DNA of 46,368 bases from Bacteroidia bacterium (GTDB lineage: Bacteria; Bacteroidota; Bacteroidia; AKYH767-A; OLB10), in contig JBDSOU010000183.1 in the NCBI GenBank assembly GCA_039914625.1, positions 1 through 46,368 on the forward strand. The letters are read 5' to 3'. Positions within the stretch are counted from its first letter, which is position 1; each line of letters opens with the position of its first letter. Of this stretch, positions 18,581 to 28,193 are shown in pieces. Under the pieces are notes generated by a model that had not been told where the DNA came from, searched no databases, and worked only from the letters and a program-made list of their open reading frames with translations. Position numbers and translations under genes: made by a program.

Positions 18581-18838
18581 ACCCTGGAAAGAGATATATA
18601 GCTCCGATTCATAATTTTATCATCTTCAAAAAACTCATGTGGAGTACCGGAACGGGTGCGATCCAGTAATTCTTTTACAATACTGTCAACACGTTTTCCG
18701 TGATGAATTGTTTTTTTACTGTTTTCAATTAATACTGCTGCTGCTTTCATTTTATTCTTTTCGCTTCCGGATGACATTACTTCATAGACTAATTCTTCAT
18801 TCAGTTCAGAAAAATTATTAAAATGAAGCTTTTTTTCT
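18547..18838 (-). pseudogene. Histidine-kinase dimerisation (HisKA-like) helix fragment
   Basis: NNFSELNEEL...ENSKKTIHHGKRVDSIVKELLDRTRSG resembles the Bacteroidota HK motif NNFSE...HGKRADSIVK. An in-frame TAA lies just upstream. Confidence 0.45.
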
Positions 18839-19074
18839 GATTATTGTTTTGTTCTTAAAAACAGATTTACATTTCAGCTGAATAATAAGTGTGCGCTTGT
18901 TCATTTTGGTATGCATATTAAGTTAAAATCCGCCATAAAAAATTCCTTACGCATATTCTTCACCTGAGATGTTTTTACATAGTCTTTGAGACCCAACTCT
19001 ATTGAAACTAAAAATGTCTTTTTTCGTAACATGGAAAATAAAATTTAAATGGCCAAAGTAAATTCAGCTCCAAT

Positions 19075-19461
19075 ATGAAAAATCCTTTTTGTGTTAAGCA
19101 ATTCAGTTTGCTGCTTATTTTTATTTCTTGTTTTCATAATAGTTTAATAGCTCAGCAAAATATGCTGGTCACAACAAATCATACTACTCTGGAATTTAAG
19201 ATCCTGAGTAGCATAAATCAATCAGCAGACATTAAACTTGAAAACATTTTACAAAGCTATCCCGGAAAAATATTAAGTTACAAGATCGCTGATGATAAAA
19301 AACAAGTAACTATAAATATCTCTGATAAAACAAATCCAGTGGATATTTTACAGGCACTGAATATGCAAGATATAAAAGCCTGCTATCTTGATGCAGATAA
19401 TAATTATATCACACTCGAACCGGACGGACGATCAACACGTAAACTTTATTTTAAAGAATAG
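19075..19461 (+). CDS. Small secreted hypothetical protein
   Basis: Signal-peptide-like N-terminus; directly upstream of the large T9SS gene. Confidence 0.7.
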   Translation: MKNPFCVKQFSLLLIFISCFHNSLIAQQNMLVTTNHTTLEFKILSSINQSADIKLENILQSYPGKILSYKIADDKKQVTINISDKTNPVDILQALNMQDIKACYLDADNNYITLEPDGRSTRKLYFKE

Positions 19462-19497
19462 TTTTTTAACCATCAGAATATTCCAATCCATTTTATT

Positions 19498-22400
19498 ATG
19501 ATTTTGTCGACTAAAATTAAATTGAAATTAAAACCCAATCTCAGGAATTGCTTTTTTCTTATTGGGATAGTTTTTTTTGCCCTCAATTCTTATGGTCAAA
19601 ATCCTACCGATAATTGTAATACAGGCGGAACGGCACTTACAGTAAGTTGTTCCTGCTCTAAAATTAATTGGGATATCGGAACTAATGCGGGAACGGTGGG
19701 AGCATGTGGCGGTACAGGTGAAGATGGCTGGGGATGGTTTACCGCTACATCAACCTCAACTACAGTTCAATACACTAATACCGACCGCGATGCTGTTTTA
19801 TATGTTTATAAAGATAACGGCTCTTCATGTGGTGGTCTGTTGCCGGCAACCACTGGGCCAATAGGGGGCTGTGTCAATGCTGTTACTGGCACAGGAACGG
19901 AAACTCTTGTAGTAACAACTATTATTGGTAACAGGTATTATGTAAGGGTAGTAAGATTGTCAGGTACGAGTCAGGATATGAACGGTGAATTATGTGTTTT
20001 TAATACTTCTCCTTCTCCACCTGTAAATGATGAGCCGTGTACTGCCGTCAGTTTAGGCACGCCAACTACTACATGCAGTTATACCGGTTATACAAATTGT
20101 GGTGCAACCTCATCTGTCGGACGCTTCACAAATCCCGGATGTGCAAACTATTCAGGAGGTGATGTTTGGTTTAAAGTAATAATGCCTGCCTCAGGTCAGT
20201 TGAGTGTCAATAGTACAACCGGTATTTTGTCTGACGGTGGTATGGCTATTTATACAGCAGTTAACAATTTATGCACTGATACTTTAATAGAAGTTGCCTG
20301 TGATGATAATTCAGGCGCAGGCAGTATGCCAACTCTTTCTATTGCAGCTCCCTCCGGTTCAGTTGTGTTTATTCGTTTCTGGGAAAATGGCAATAACAAT
20401 AACGGCTCTTTTAATTTATGTGTTCAGAATCCGTGCGGAGCAGGCTCAGCACCCGTTAATGATAATCCCTGTACAGCTACAACCCTAACACCGGGAACAA
20501 CATGCAGCTATACAACTTATAATACAAATTGTGCAACAGCAACTCCGGGAATTCCTAATCCATCCTGCGGCATATACGGAGGTGGAGATGTGTGGTTTAA
20601 AGCCACCGTTCCTCCATCCGGTCAATTAATATTTGATTCAGATGTAGGGAATATAACTGATGGCGCTATGGCTTTATACACTGCACCAACATGCAGCAGT
20701 GCTACATTTACTGAAGTATTCTGCGATGATGACGGGAGTGCAAACGGTTTGATGCCTTTTTTGGCTATTGTTCAACCTCCGGGAACAGTATTATATCTAC
20801 GTTTCTGGGAAAATGGCAACAACAAAAAAGGAACATTTATGCTTTGTGTATATGATCCTTGCCCAAGCGGTGCAGGCGTCCCGTCTAACAATTTACCATG
20901 CAATGCCTTATTTGTTCCATTTGGAATTCCTATTTCCGGAAACAATGAGTGCTCAAATAATTCAGGGGAACCTGCTACACCGGGATGTTTTGGTTCAGGA
21001 AACGTAAATTCAGTATGGTATAAATTTACAGCAACCTCTACCTGTGCAAAAATCAAAACAACTATTGGTACAATAACTGATACGCAGATTGCTTTATACT
21101 CAGGAACTTGCGGAAATGGTATGACGATATTTCCCGGAGCTTGCAACAATGATATTACTCCTTGCAACGGTGGCTTTACTTATCAGAATTCTCAGTTGGA
21201 TTTAACTGGATTAAGTATAGGAACGACCTACTATTTATTGGTTGATGGCAGGGGAAATAATGTGGGTTCATTTTCACTATTGATTATTAATGGCTGTGGT
21301 ACACCATTACCTCCAGTTCCGGGGCAGGATTGTTCTTTGCCAATATTAGTGTGTAATGATACGGTTGCTGTTCCCAATCCCGGTTACCAGGCTATCGGGA
21401 ATATTTGTGATTTTCCAGCACCCATCCCGTGTACTGGTGGAACGGCAGGTTGCAATAACTGTGCTACATCATGCTTATGTACCGGTGAAAGAGGCTCATC
21501 ATGGTACACTATTAATATAACTAGTACCGGAGATTTTGAATTTTGGATTGTTCCAAATGATTATCCTACAGCGGTTCCTGAAACAGATTATGATTTTGCA
21601 CTATATGGACCGAATGCATCTTGCGGAAGTTTAAATAATCCTATTCGGTGTGATTGGGATCCTAACGGTGTGACAGGAGTATATGGTGCGGCCGATAATA
21701 CAGCTCCTCCGGGATATGCTGGAAACGGGCAGGCATTTCGTCAAAAAGTTAATGCCATTTCCGGTCAAACGTATCTTCTGAATATTAGTAACTATACTAA
21801 TAGTTCATCCGGATTTAAGCTAATTATTAATTCCGGAGCAACCAATTGTACCATTGCATCCACAGTAGCACCGGGGGGAACTGTAATATGGACAGGTGCT
21901 GCAAGCACCGATTGGTTTGACGTAAATAACTGGGGCGGATGTCAGATACCCGACTGCCAGATTAATGTTGCTATTCCCGGATTTCCTGCTAATCAGCCTG
22001 TGATTTCGGGACAGAATGCGAGTTGCCGCAGTATTAACATTAATATAAGTGCAAGTGTAACTATCAATCCAAACTGGCAATTAATGGTTTGCAATGATTT
22101 TACAAACAGCGGCTCATTCAGTGCAGGAAACAATAGTCTTGTTCTGTTTCAGGATACATGCACCACCTGTCCGGGAGGAATTAATCATAATCAGAGCATG
22201 AGTGGAAATATGACGAATGCTGATAAATTTTGGAACGTAACAGTTAAAAAACCTGTTGGATATACCGTCACAACCTTTCAGAATATAGACATGGCAGGAA
22301 ACTTTCTTGTGGATGGATCGGCAACGTCCGGAGGTGGCTTTAGTGCTGCAAGTCAATATCACAAAATAGAAGGAAACTTTACAATAGAATCAACCCCTAT

Positions 22401-23766
22401 TCTTTCAACTTATACAAGCGGTTCAACTCTTGAATTTAACGGAACTGCACAAACTTATTTGAACCAAGGGCAACTTAACAATGTTTTGATGAATCAAAGC
22501 GGTGTGGGAACCCTTACTTTGCAAGATCATGCCGGAACTATGGCATGGATGAGAACTTCAGTTATCGGAATTCTTACTCTTACTTACGGAAAAATAATTG
22601 CTGCCACAGCAGGTAATAACAGGGTCGATGTTTTTAATCGTGCAGCCAATGCTGTTTCTTCGGGTAACGCCAATAGCTATGTTGAAGGTACTTTAAGAAG
22701 ATATATGTCTAACACGGGAGGAACAGGTTCTTATGACTTTCCTGTTGGAACCTCTTTGAGAGGATATGAGCGCATTAATTTTAATATTACAACTCCACTA
22801 TCTAATACAGTTGATTATTGGAATGTTTATTTTGACAATACTTCCCCGTCAACGAACATTGCAATGAATGCAGAATGTTCAGCCACTTATCATGCTGGTG
22901 GATTGCTTGCTTTAAATCATGGTTATTGGTATATAGAATCTTCTCCTGCATCTCTTGCCAATGGAATCATGAATGTAACAAATTATAACAGAAGCTATAC
23001 AAATCCTTTAGGAGCCGGATGGACAGTTATGTACAATAAAACAACAAATAATATTGCTACAAACTGGTTATTAAATCCATACCCTCCCTCTCCGTGCATT
23101 GCTTCACCAGTAACTGCAGTACAAAGAAATAATCTGAGCGTTCCGGTCTTATTTAACGGAAATCCGGTCTGGTTCGGAACAGCACAATCGCAAACACCTC
23201 TACCTGTAGCGCTTATAAATTTCGAAGCAAAAAACGAAAATTCGTCTGTATTTTTGAAATGGATTACAGCATCTGAAAAAAACAATAAGGGTTTTGAATT
23301 AGAAAGAAGTATTTCACCTCCGGATAATTTTGAAAGGATTGCATGGGTAGATGGGCATGGTTCCACTTCAATAATCAACAATTATAATTTTGAAGACAAG
23401 AATGTTAGAAGCGGAATAAATTATTTTTATCGTTTAAAACAAATTGATTTTAATGGAAATTTTGAATATTCGGGAATTGTTACCGGCAAAATAGCAACCG
23501 ATGTTTTTGATTTCAACATTATGCCCAATCCTTATTCGGGAAATACTAATATCTTTTATACCCTTCCGGGAAGTGCCAACGTGAAAGTTGAAATTTACAA
23601 TGCGATGGGACAAAAAATTAAAACGCTTGTTGATGGCCTTCAGAAAAAGGGGGATCACATTTTGCAATTCAGCGCTCACTCATACGGTTTTTCTGCAGGA
23701 ATATATGAAGTGAAACTTGACATAAACGATCGTTTATATATAAAACGGATTTTGGAAACCCGGTAG
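19498..23766 (+). CDS. Large Cys-rich multidomain T9SS type A-sorted protein
   Basis: Repeated PxNDxPC...GGDVWFK...CDD modules, PLPVALINFEA...W.TASE.NN.GF...YRLKQIDFNG domain, MPNPY CTD. Confidence 0.92.
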   Translation: MILSTKIKLKLKPNLRNCFFLIGIVFFALNSYGQNPTDNCNTGGTALTVSCSCSKINWDIGTNAGTVGACGGTGEDGWGWFTATSTSTTVQYTNTDRDAVLYVYKDNGSSCGGLLPATTGPIGGCVNAVTGTGTETLVVTTIIGNRYYVRVVRLSGTSQDMNGELCVFNTSPSPPVNDEPCTAVSLGTPTTTCSYTGYTNCGATSSVGRFTNPGCANYSGGDVWFKVIMPASGQLSVNSTTGILSDGGMAIYTAVNNLCTDTLIEVACDDNSGAGSMPTLSIAAPSGSVVFIRFWENGNNNNGSFNLCVQNPCGAGSAPVNDNPCTATTLTPGTTCSYTTYNTNCATATPGIPNPSCGIYGGGDVWFKATVPPSGQLIFDSDVGNITDGAMALYTAPTCSSATFTEVFCDDDGSANGLMPFLAIVQPPGTVLYLRFWENGNNKKGTFMLCVYDPCPSGAGVPSNNLPCNALFVPFGIPISGNNECSNNSGEPATPGCFGSGNVNSVWYKFTATSTCAKIKTTIGTITDTQIALYSGTCGNGMTIFPGACNNDITPCNGGFTYQNSQLDLTGLSIGTTYYLLVDGRGNNVGSFSLLIINGCGTPLPPVPGQDCSLPILVCNDTVAVPNPGYQAIGNICDFPAPIPCTGGTAGCNNCATSCLCTGERGSSWYTINITSTGDFEFWIVPNDYPTAVPETDYDFALYGPNASCGSLNNPIRCDWDPNGVTGVYGAADNTAPPGYAGNGQAFRQKVNAISGQTYLLNISNYTNSSSGFKLIINSGATNCTIASTVAPGGTVIWTGAASTDWFDVNNWGGCQIPDCQINVAIPGFPANQPVISGQNASCRSININISASVTINPNWQLMVCNDFTNSGSFSAGNNSLVLFQDTCTTCPGGINHNQSMSGNMTNADKFWNVTVKKPVGYTVTTFQNIDMAGNFLVDGSATSGGGFSAASQYHKIEGNFTIESTPILSTYTSGSTLEFNGTAQTYLNQGQLNNVLMNQSGVGTLTLQDHAGTMAWMRTSVIGILTLTYGKIIAATAGNNRVDVFNRAANAVSSGNANSYVEGTLRRYMSNTGGTGSYDFPVGTSLRGYERINFNITTPLSNTVDYWNVYFDNTSPSTNIAMNAECSATYHAGGLLALNHGYWYIESSPASLANGIMNVTNYNRSYTNPLGAGWTVMYNKTTNNIATNWLLNPYPPSPCIASPVTAVQRNNLSVPVLFNGNPVWFGTAQSQTPLPVALINFEAKNENSSVFLKWITASEKNNKGFELERSISPPDNFERIAWVDGHGSTSIINNYNFEDKNVRSGINYFYRLKQIDFNGNFEYSGIVTGKIATDVFDFNIMPNPYSGNTNIFYTLPGSANVKVEIYNAMGQKIKTLVDGLQKKGDHILQFSAHSYGFSAGIYEVKLDINDRLYIKRILETR

Positions 23767-23907
23767 TAAAATTTAAATTTTAAAAAAAATATTCCTGAAT
23801 TTATAGGTATACTTTTAAAAAAGATTTTTTGATATTTTTCATAAATAAAATTTTTATTCTATATTTGAATCAACTTTCTTATTTTTGAAAAACTAAAAAC
23901 TAAAAAC

Positions 23908-24486
23908 ATGATAAAAAAAATCAACAGTGAACGTTGGAAAGAAATAACCGAAGTTAAAGGGAAATTAAGACTCAGGTATGCAATTTCCGATCATGGAAGG
24001 CTGGTGAGTTTTGAAACAAAAATCCAGGATGGAGAATTGCTTAAAGGCAGCCACCAGGAAAAGTTCAGCATTTGGCGATTCAGACTAAAAGGTAAAAATA
24101 TAGGATTATTAATTCATAAGATTGTAGCTGACTATTTTTTGCCAAAACCTAAAGGAAAAAAAATGCTCGTAATCCACATGGATCATGATCTTCAAAACAA
24201 TCATTACAAAAATCTTAAGTACGTAACCCTTCCTGATCAGCGCCAGCATGCAAGCAAAAGCCCCGCAAGCAAGCTTGCATTGAAAAAATTATTGAAAAGG
24301 AATCGCGAACGTTATACCACTCAAGGCCAGAAGCTCCACGTTAGTCAGGTAATACAGATTAAAAAAATTCTTGCTAATCCGAAGAGAAAACTCACTAACC
24401 GGCAGGTCGCAGAAAAATTTAAAGTAAGCGAAATGCAGATTTACCGTATCAAACGTGGCGAACTTTGGAAAAATGTGAAGATCTAA
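23908..24486 (+). CDS. NUMOD4/HNH-like protein with a C-terminal HTH
   Basis: ERWKEI, YAISDHGRL, IHKIVADYF, IHMDHDLQNNHYKNL, VAEKFKVSEMQIYRIKRGELW. Confidence 0.85.
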   Translation: MIKKINSERWKEITEVKGKLRLRYAISDHGRLVSFETKIQDGELLKGSHQEKFSIWRFRLKGKNIGLLIHKIVADYFLPKPKGKKMLVIHMDHDLQNNHYKNLKYVTLPDQRQHASKSPASKLALKKLLKRNRERYTTQGQKLHVSQVIQIKKILANPKRKLTNRQVAEKFKVSEMQIYRIKRGELWKNVKI

Positions 24487-24534
24487 AAGTGTTTTAAATT
24501 TTCCCGATACCTGTAAATCGGTGGCATTGATGTA

Positions 24535-25443
24535 TTGAAAGCTGAAGACAAATTTCTCCGCTGGTTTTATCTTGCTTTGCTTTCTGTCATTTGGGGAAGT
24601 TCATTTATTTTAATGAAACGGGGATTAATTTCCTTTTCTCCCGACCAAGTTGCCGCCATACGTATGTTTGTTGCTTTTCTGAGTCTTTTTCCTTTCGTGA
24701 TTCAACATGCGAAAAAAATAAAGAAGCATCAATTCATAATTATTTTTACAGCAGGAATCTTAGGTAATGGATTACCTTCATTTCTCTTTACTCATGCCCA
24801 AACACACATTGCAAGCGCTTTGGCAGGAATGCTCAATTCTCTCACGCCTGTTTTTGTAGTCTTAGTTGGCTGGCTTTTGTTTGGAAGCATGTTTAAGGCT
24901 TCACACATTTTGGGGGTGGTGATCGGATTAGCGGGAGCAATTGCTTTGATTCTGATTAATTCAAAAGGAAAAATTGTAAATTCCGATAATTGGTTCGGGC
25001 TTTTAATTGTTATTGCAACAATCAGCTATGCATTTAATATAAATATTGTGCGCAAATATTTACAGGAAGTGAATGCGGTTCATCTCACAGGTTTTGCACT
25101 TTTTTCCGCAGGAATTCCATGCGGAATATTTCTTTTTACCACTGATTTCACCACTCGCCTCAGCACTCAACCGGGTGCATGGGTCAATTTCGGCTATGTG
25201 TCACTTCTTGGCTTGTTCGGAACTGCATTATCCACCATAATATTTAATAAGCTGCTTAAAATTTCTAATGCCCTTTATGCATCGTCAGTTACATATCTTA
25301 TACCGATTGTTGCTATGGCATGGGGTGCCTTGGATGGGGAAAGCCTTAACATTTTTCATTTGCTTGCAATGGGCGTAATATTATTGGGCGTTTATCTCAT
25401 TAATCTTAGTACCATTCGGGAAATGAAATTAAATCGGGAATAA
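24535..25443 (+). CDS. DMT/EamA family transporter
   Basis: IWGSSFIL, ten hydrophobic segments, SSVTYLIPIVA. Confidence 0.93.
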   Translation: MKAEDKFLRWFYLALLSVIWGSSFILMKRGLISFSPDQVAAIRMFVAFLSLFPFVIQHAKKIKKHQFIIIFTAGILGNGLPSFLFTHAQTHIASALAGMLNSLTPVFVVLVGWLLFGSMFKASHILGVVIGLAGAIALILINSKGKIVNSDNWFGLLIVIATISYAFNINIVRKYLQEVNAVHLTGFALFSAGIPCGIFLFTTDFTTRLSTQPGAWVNFGYVSLLGLFGTALSTIIFNKLLKISNALYASSVTYLIPIVAMAWGALDGESLNIFHLLAMGVILLGVYLINLSTIREMKLNRE

Positions 25444-25477
25444 ATCATAATCAGGCAGATAAATTTACTTCCTGCCC

Positions 25478-25507
25478 TTTGCAATAACAATTCTTTTTAT
25501 ACATTTG
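25478..25507 (+). promoter_or_regulatory. Bacteroidota sigma-A promoter for rplU-rpmA
   Basis: TTTG (25478) ... TACATTTG (25500-25507). Confidence 0.7.
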
Positions 25508-25551
25508 CACTCCGTTTCAAAAAATGGGCGGAAAATCAAAACAATAAAATC

Positions 25552-25860
25552 ATGTATGCAATTGTAAATATAGCCGGGCAACAGGTAAAAGTATCTGAAA
25601 ACCAACCGGTGATAGTTCACCGTCTGCAGGCTGAAGAAGGTGCTGTGGTGAATTTTGACCAGGTGCTGCTTATTGAGAACGAAGGTAAGATCAATAAAGG
25701 CAATCCTGTTTCAGGAGCTTCTGTGTCCGCAAAAGTTCTTTCACATCTTAAAGGTGATAAGATTATTATCTTTAAAAAGAAAAGAAGAAAAGGATACCAG
25801 AAATCAAACGGTCACCGCCAGCAATTCACAAAAATTCAAATTGAAAACATTAAGCTTTAA
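25552..25860 (+). CDS. rplU: 50S ribosomal protein L21
   Basis: MYAIVNIAGQQ...KKKRRKGY...GHRQ. Confidence 0.98.
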   Translation: MYAIVNIAGQQVKVSENQPVIVHRLQAEEGAVVNFDQVLLIENEGKINKGNPVSGASVSAKVLSHLKGDKIIIFKKKRRKGYQKSNGHRQQFTKIQIENIKL

Positions 25861-25880
25861 ATTCTAAATCTTAAATCAGA

Positions 25881-26153
25881 ATGGCACACAAAAAAGGAGT
25901 CGGAAGCTCAAAAAACGGACGTGAATCACACAGCAAACGTCTTGGAGTTAAAATATACGGAGGACAAAAAGCAATTGCAGGAAATATAATTGTTCGTCAG
26001 CGTGGCACTGTACATCATCCTGCGGATGGCGTTGGAATTGGAAAAGATCATACATTATTTGCTTTGCGTGATGGCATTGTGATATTCAGAAAAAAAGCAA
26101 ATGAAAAGTCTTATGTGTATGTGAAACCTGCAGAAGCTACTGCACAGGCATAA
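25881..26153 (+). CDS. rpmA: 50S ribosomal protein L27
   Basis: [23 protein letters not shown]. Confidence 0.98.
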   Translation: MAHKKGVGSSKNGRESHSKRLGVKIYGGQKAIAGNIIVRQRGTVHHPADGVGIGKDHTLFALRDGIVIFRKKANEKSYVYVKPAEATAQA

Positions 26154-26173
26154 AAAAATAGTGTTTGCATAGC

Positions 26174-26203
26174 AAGCCTTCCGCTGTCGTGGAGGGCTTT
26201 TTT
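26174..26203 (+). terminator. Intrinsic terminator after rpmA
   Basis: aagccttccg-ctgtcg-tggagggctt followed by a T run. Confidence 0.75.
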
Positions 26204-28034
26204 ATTTCTTATTAACCGAAATATCCAATTCTTTCAACTGCTCTGCTGAAATCGCTGAAGGCGAATCAATCATCACATCTCTTCCGGAATTATTTTTCGG
26301 AAAAGCAATAAAATCACGGATGAATTCTGTTCCCCCAAACAAGGAGCACAAACGATCAAAACCAAATGCAATTCCTCCGTGCGGAGGAGCGCCATATTCA
26401 AATGCATTCATTAAAAAACCGAATTGTGCCTGCGCTTCTTCTTCGGAAAAACCGAGGATGCTGAACATTTTTTGCTGTAACGTTTTGTCATGAATTCTGA
26501 TAGAGCCTCCGCCAACTTCCACTCCGTTAATCACCATGTCATAAGCGTTTGCTTTTATGTTTTCTAAAATAAATTTATATTTTTCATAGAAAATTCCCAT
26601 ATTTTTTGCATTGGGATCATTGCCCGTTTCTTCATTAGTAAAACTCAAATCTTTAAATATCTGTCCTACAATGGAAATTCCTTCTTCATCCGGTGAGGTA
26701 AAAGGATGATGCTTAGCATAAAATCGTTCCTCATTCCATTCCAGCAACGGAAAATCTGTTACCCACAATACTGCATAGGTATCTTTATTTCGCAGTCCGC
26801 AGCGGTTGCCCATTTCCAAACGGAGTTCCGACATGGCTTTACGGGTTTTATTTTTTTCTCCGGCAAGGATCAATATCAAATCACCGTTTTGAGCGTTTAT
26901 TAACGCTTTCCATTTTTTTAATTCATCTTCATTATAGAATTTATCCACTGACGATTTTATAGTTCCGTCATTGTTGCATTTCGCATACACCATTCCATTA
27001 GCTCCTATTTGCGGGCGTTTTACAAAGTCAGTAAGCTCATCCAATTGCTTTCGTGTGTATTCGCTGCAACCGGGCACACAAATTCCAACAACTAATTCTG
27101 AATCATCAAAAACTTTGAATCCTTTTCCTTTTAACACATCGTTCAACTCCGAAATTTTCATTTCAAAACGAATATCAGGCTTGTCATTTCCATAATATTT
27201 CATGGCATCATCATAGGTCATTCTTGGCAATGCCGGCAACTCAATTCCTTTCACATTTTTAAAAAGATGGCGCACCATGCCTTCAAACATCTGAAGAATA
27301 TCTTCCCGTTCAATGAAGCTCATTTCACAATCTATCTGTGTAAATTCAGGCTGCCGGTCGGCACGCAGATCTTCGTCACGAAAACATTTTACGATCTGGA
27401 AATATTTATCCATGCACGCTACCATCAACAGCTGCTTGAATGTTTGCGGTGATTGCGGCAATGCATAAAATTCACCGGGATTCATTCGAGATGGCACCAC
27501 AAAATCGCGCGCACCTTCAGGTGTTGATTTGATGAGGACGGGTGTTTCAATTTCAATGAATCCTTTAGAATCAAGATACTTTCTTGTTTCCTGCGCCATC
27601 TTATGACGCAAAAAAATATTTTGCTGAACAGGATTTCTCCTGATGTCGAGGTAACGGTATTTCATTCTTAAATCGTCACCGCCATCGGTATTATCTTCAA
27701 TGGTGAACGGAGGAGTTTTGGCTGCATTCAGAATTTTTAAATCATCTACGATTATTTCAATTTCTCCTGTCGGAAGTTTTAAATTCTTATTGCTCCGTTC
27801 AGCAACTTTTCCTTTTGCCTGAATAACAAACTCACGACCCAACTTGAGAGCTTCCATGCACAACTCTTTATTGACTTCCATATTAAAAACCAATTGCGTG
27901 ATTCCATAACGGTCGCGTATATCCACAAAGATCATTCCGCCCATTTCGCGTGAGCGCTGCACCCAGCCGCAAAGGGTGACGTGTTGTCCGGCAGATGCAA
28001 TGGTTAATTCACCGCAGGTATGAGTTCGTAACAT
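26202..28034 (-). CDS. aspS: Aspartate--tRNA ligase
   Basis: [48 protein letters not shown]. Confidence 0.97.
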   Translation of the reverse strand: MLRTHTCGELTIASAGQHVTLCGWVQRSREMGGMIFVDIRDRYGITQLVFNMEVNKELCMEALKLGREFVIQAKGKVAERSNKNLKLPTGEIEIIVDDLKILNAAKTPPFTIEDNTDGGDDLRMKYRYLDIRRNPVQQNIFLRHKMAQETRKYLDSKGFIEIETPVLIKSTPEGARDFVVPSRMNPGEFYALPQSPQTFKQLLMVACMDKYFQIVKCFRDEDLRADRQPEFTQIDCEMSFIEREDILQMFEGMVRHLFKNVKGIELPALPRMTYDDAMKYYGNDKPDIRFEMKISELNDVLKGKGFKVFDDSELVVGICVPGCSEYTRKQLDELTDFVKRPQIGANGMVYAKCNNDGTIKSSVDKFYNEDELKKWKALINAQNGDLILILAGEKNKTRKAMSELRLEMGNRCGLRNKDTYAVLWVTDFPLLEWNEERFYAKHHPFTSPDEEGISIVGQIFKDLSFTNEETGNDPNAKNMGIFYEKYKFILENIKANAYDMVINGVEVGGGSIRIHDKTLQQKMFSILGFSEEEAQAQFGFLMNAFEYGAPPHGGIAFGFDRLCSLFGGTEFIRDFIAFPKNNSGRDVMIDSPSAISAEQLKELDISVNKK

Positions 28035-28193
28035 GTTTTTAAAAATTTAAGGAGCACGAAAATAAGAAAAGAAATTCAGTGGGCTTTTATTTTTAAGAAA
28101 CAAGGTTGTAACAGAATTACATATTGATGTTGGAAAAAGATAATCCTTCCGGGCAACTATTCTTTATTTTTGAAGCCGGTAAATTTCCGCACT

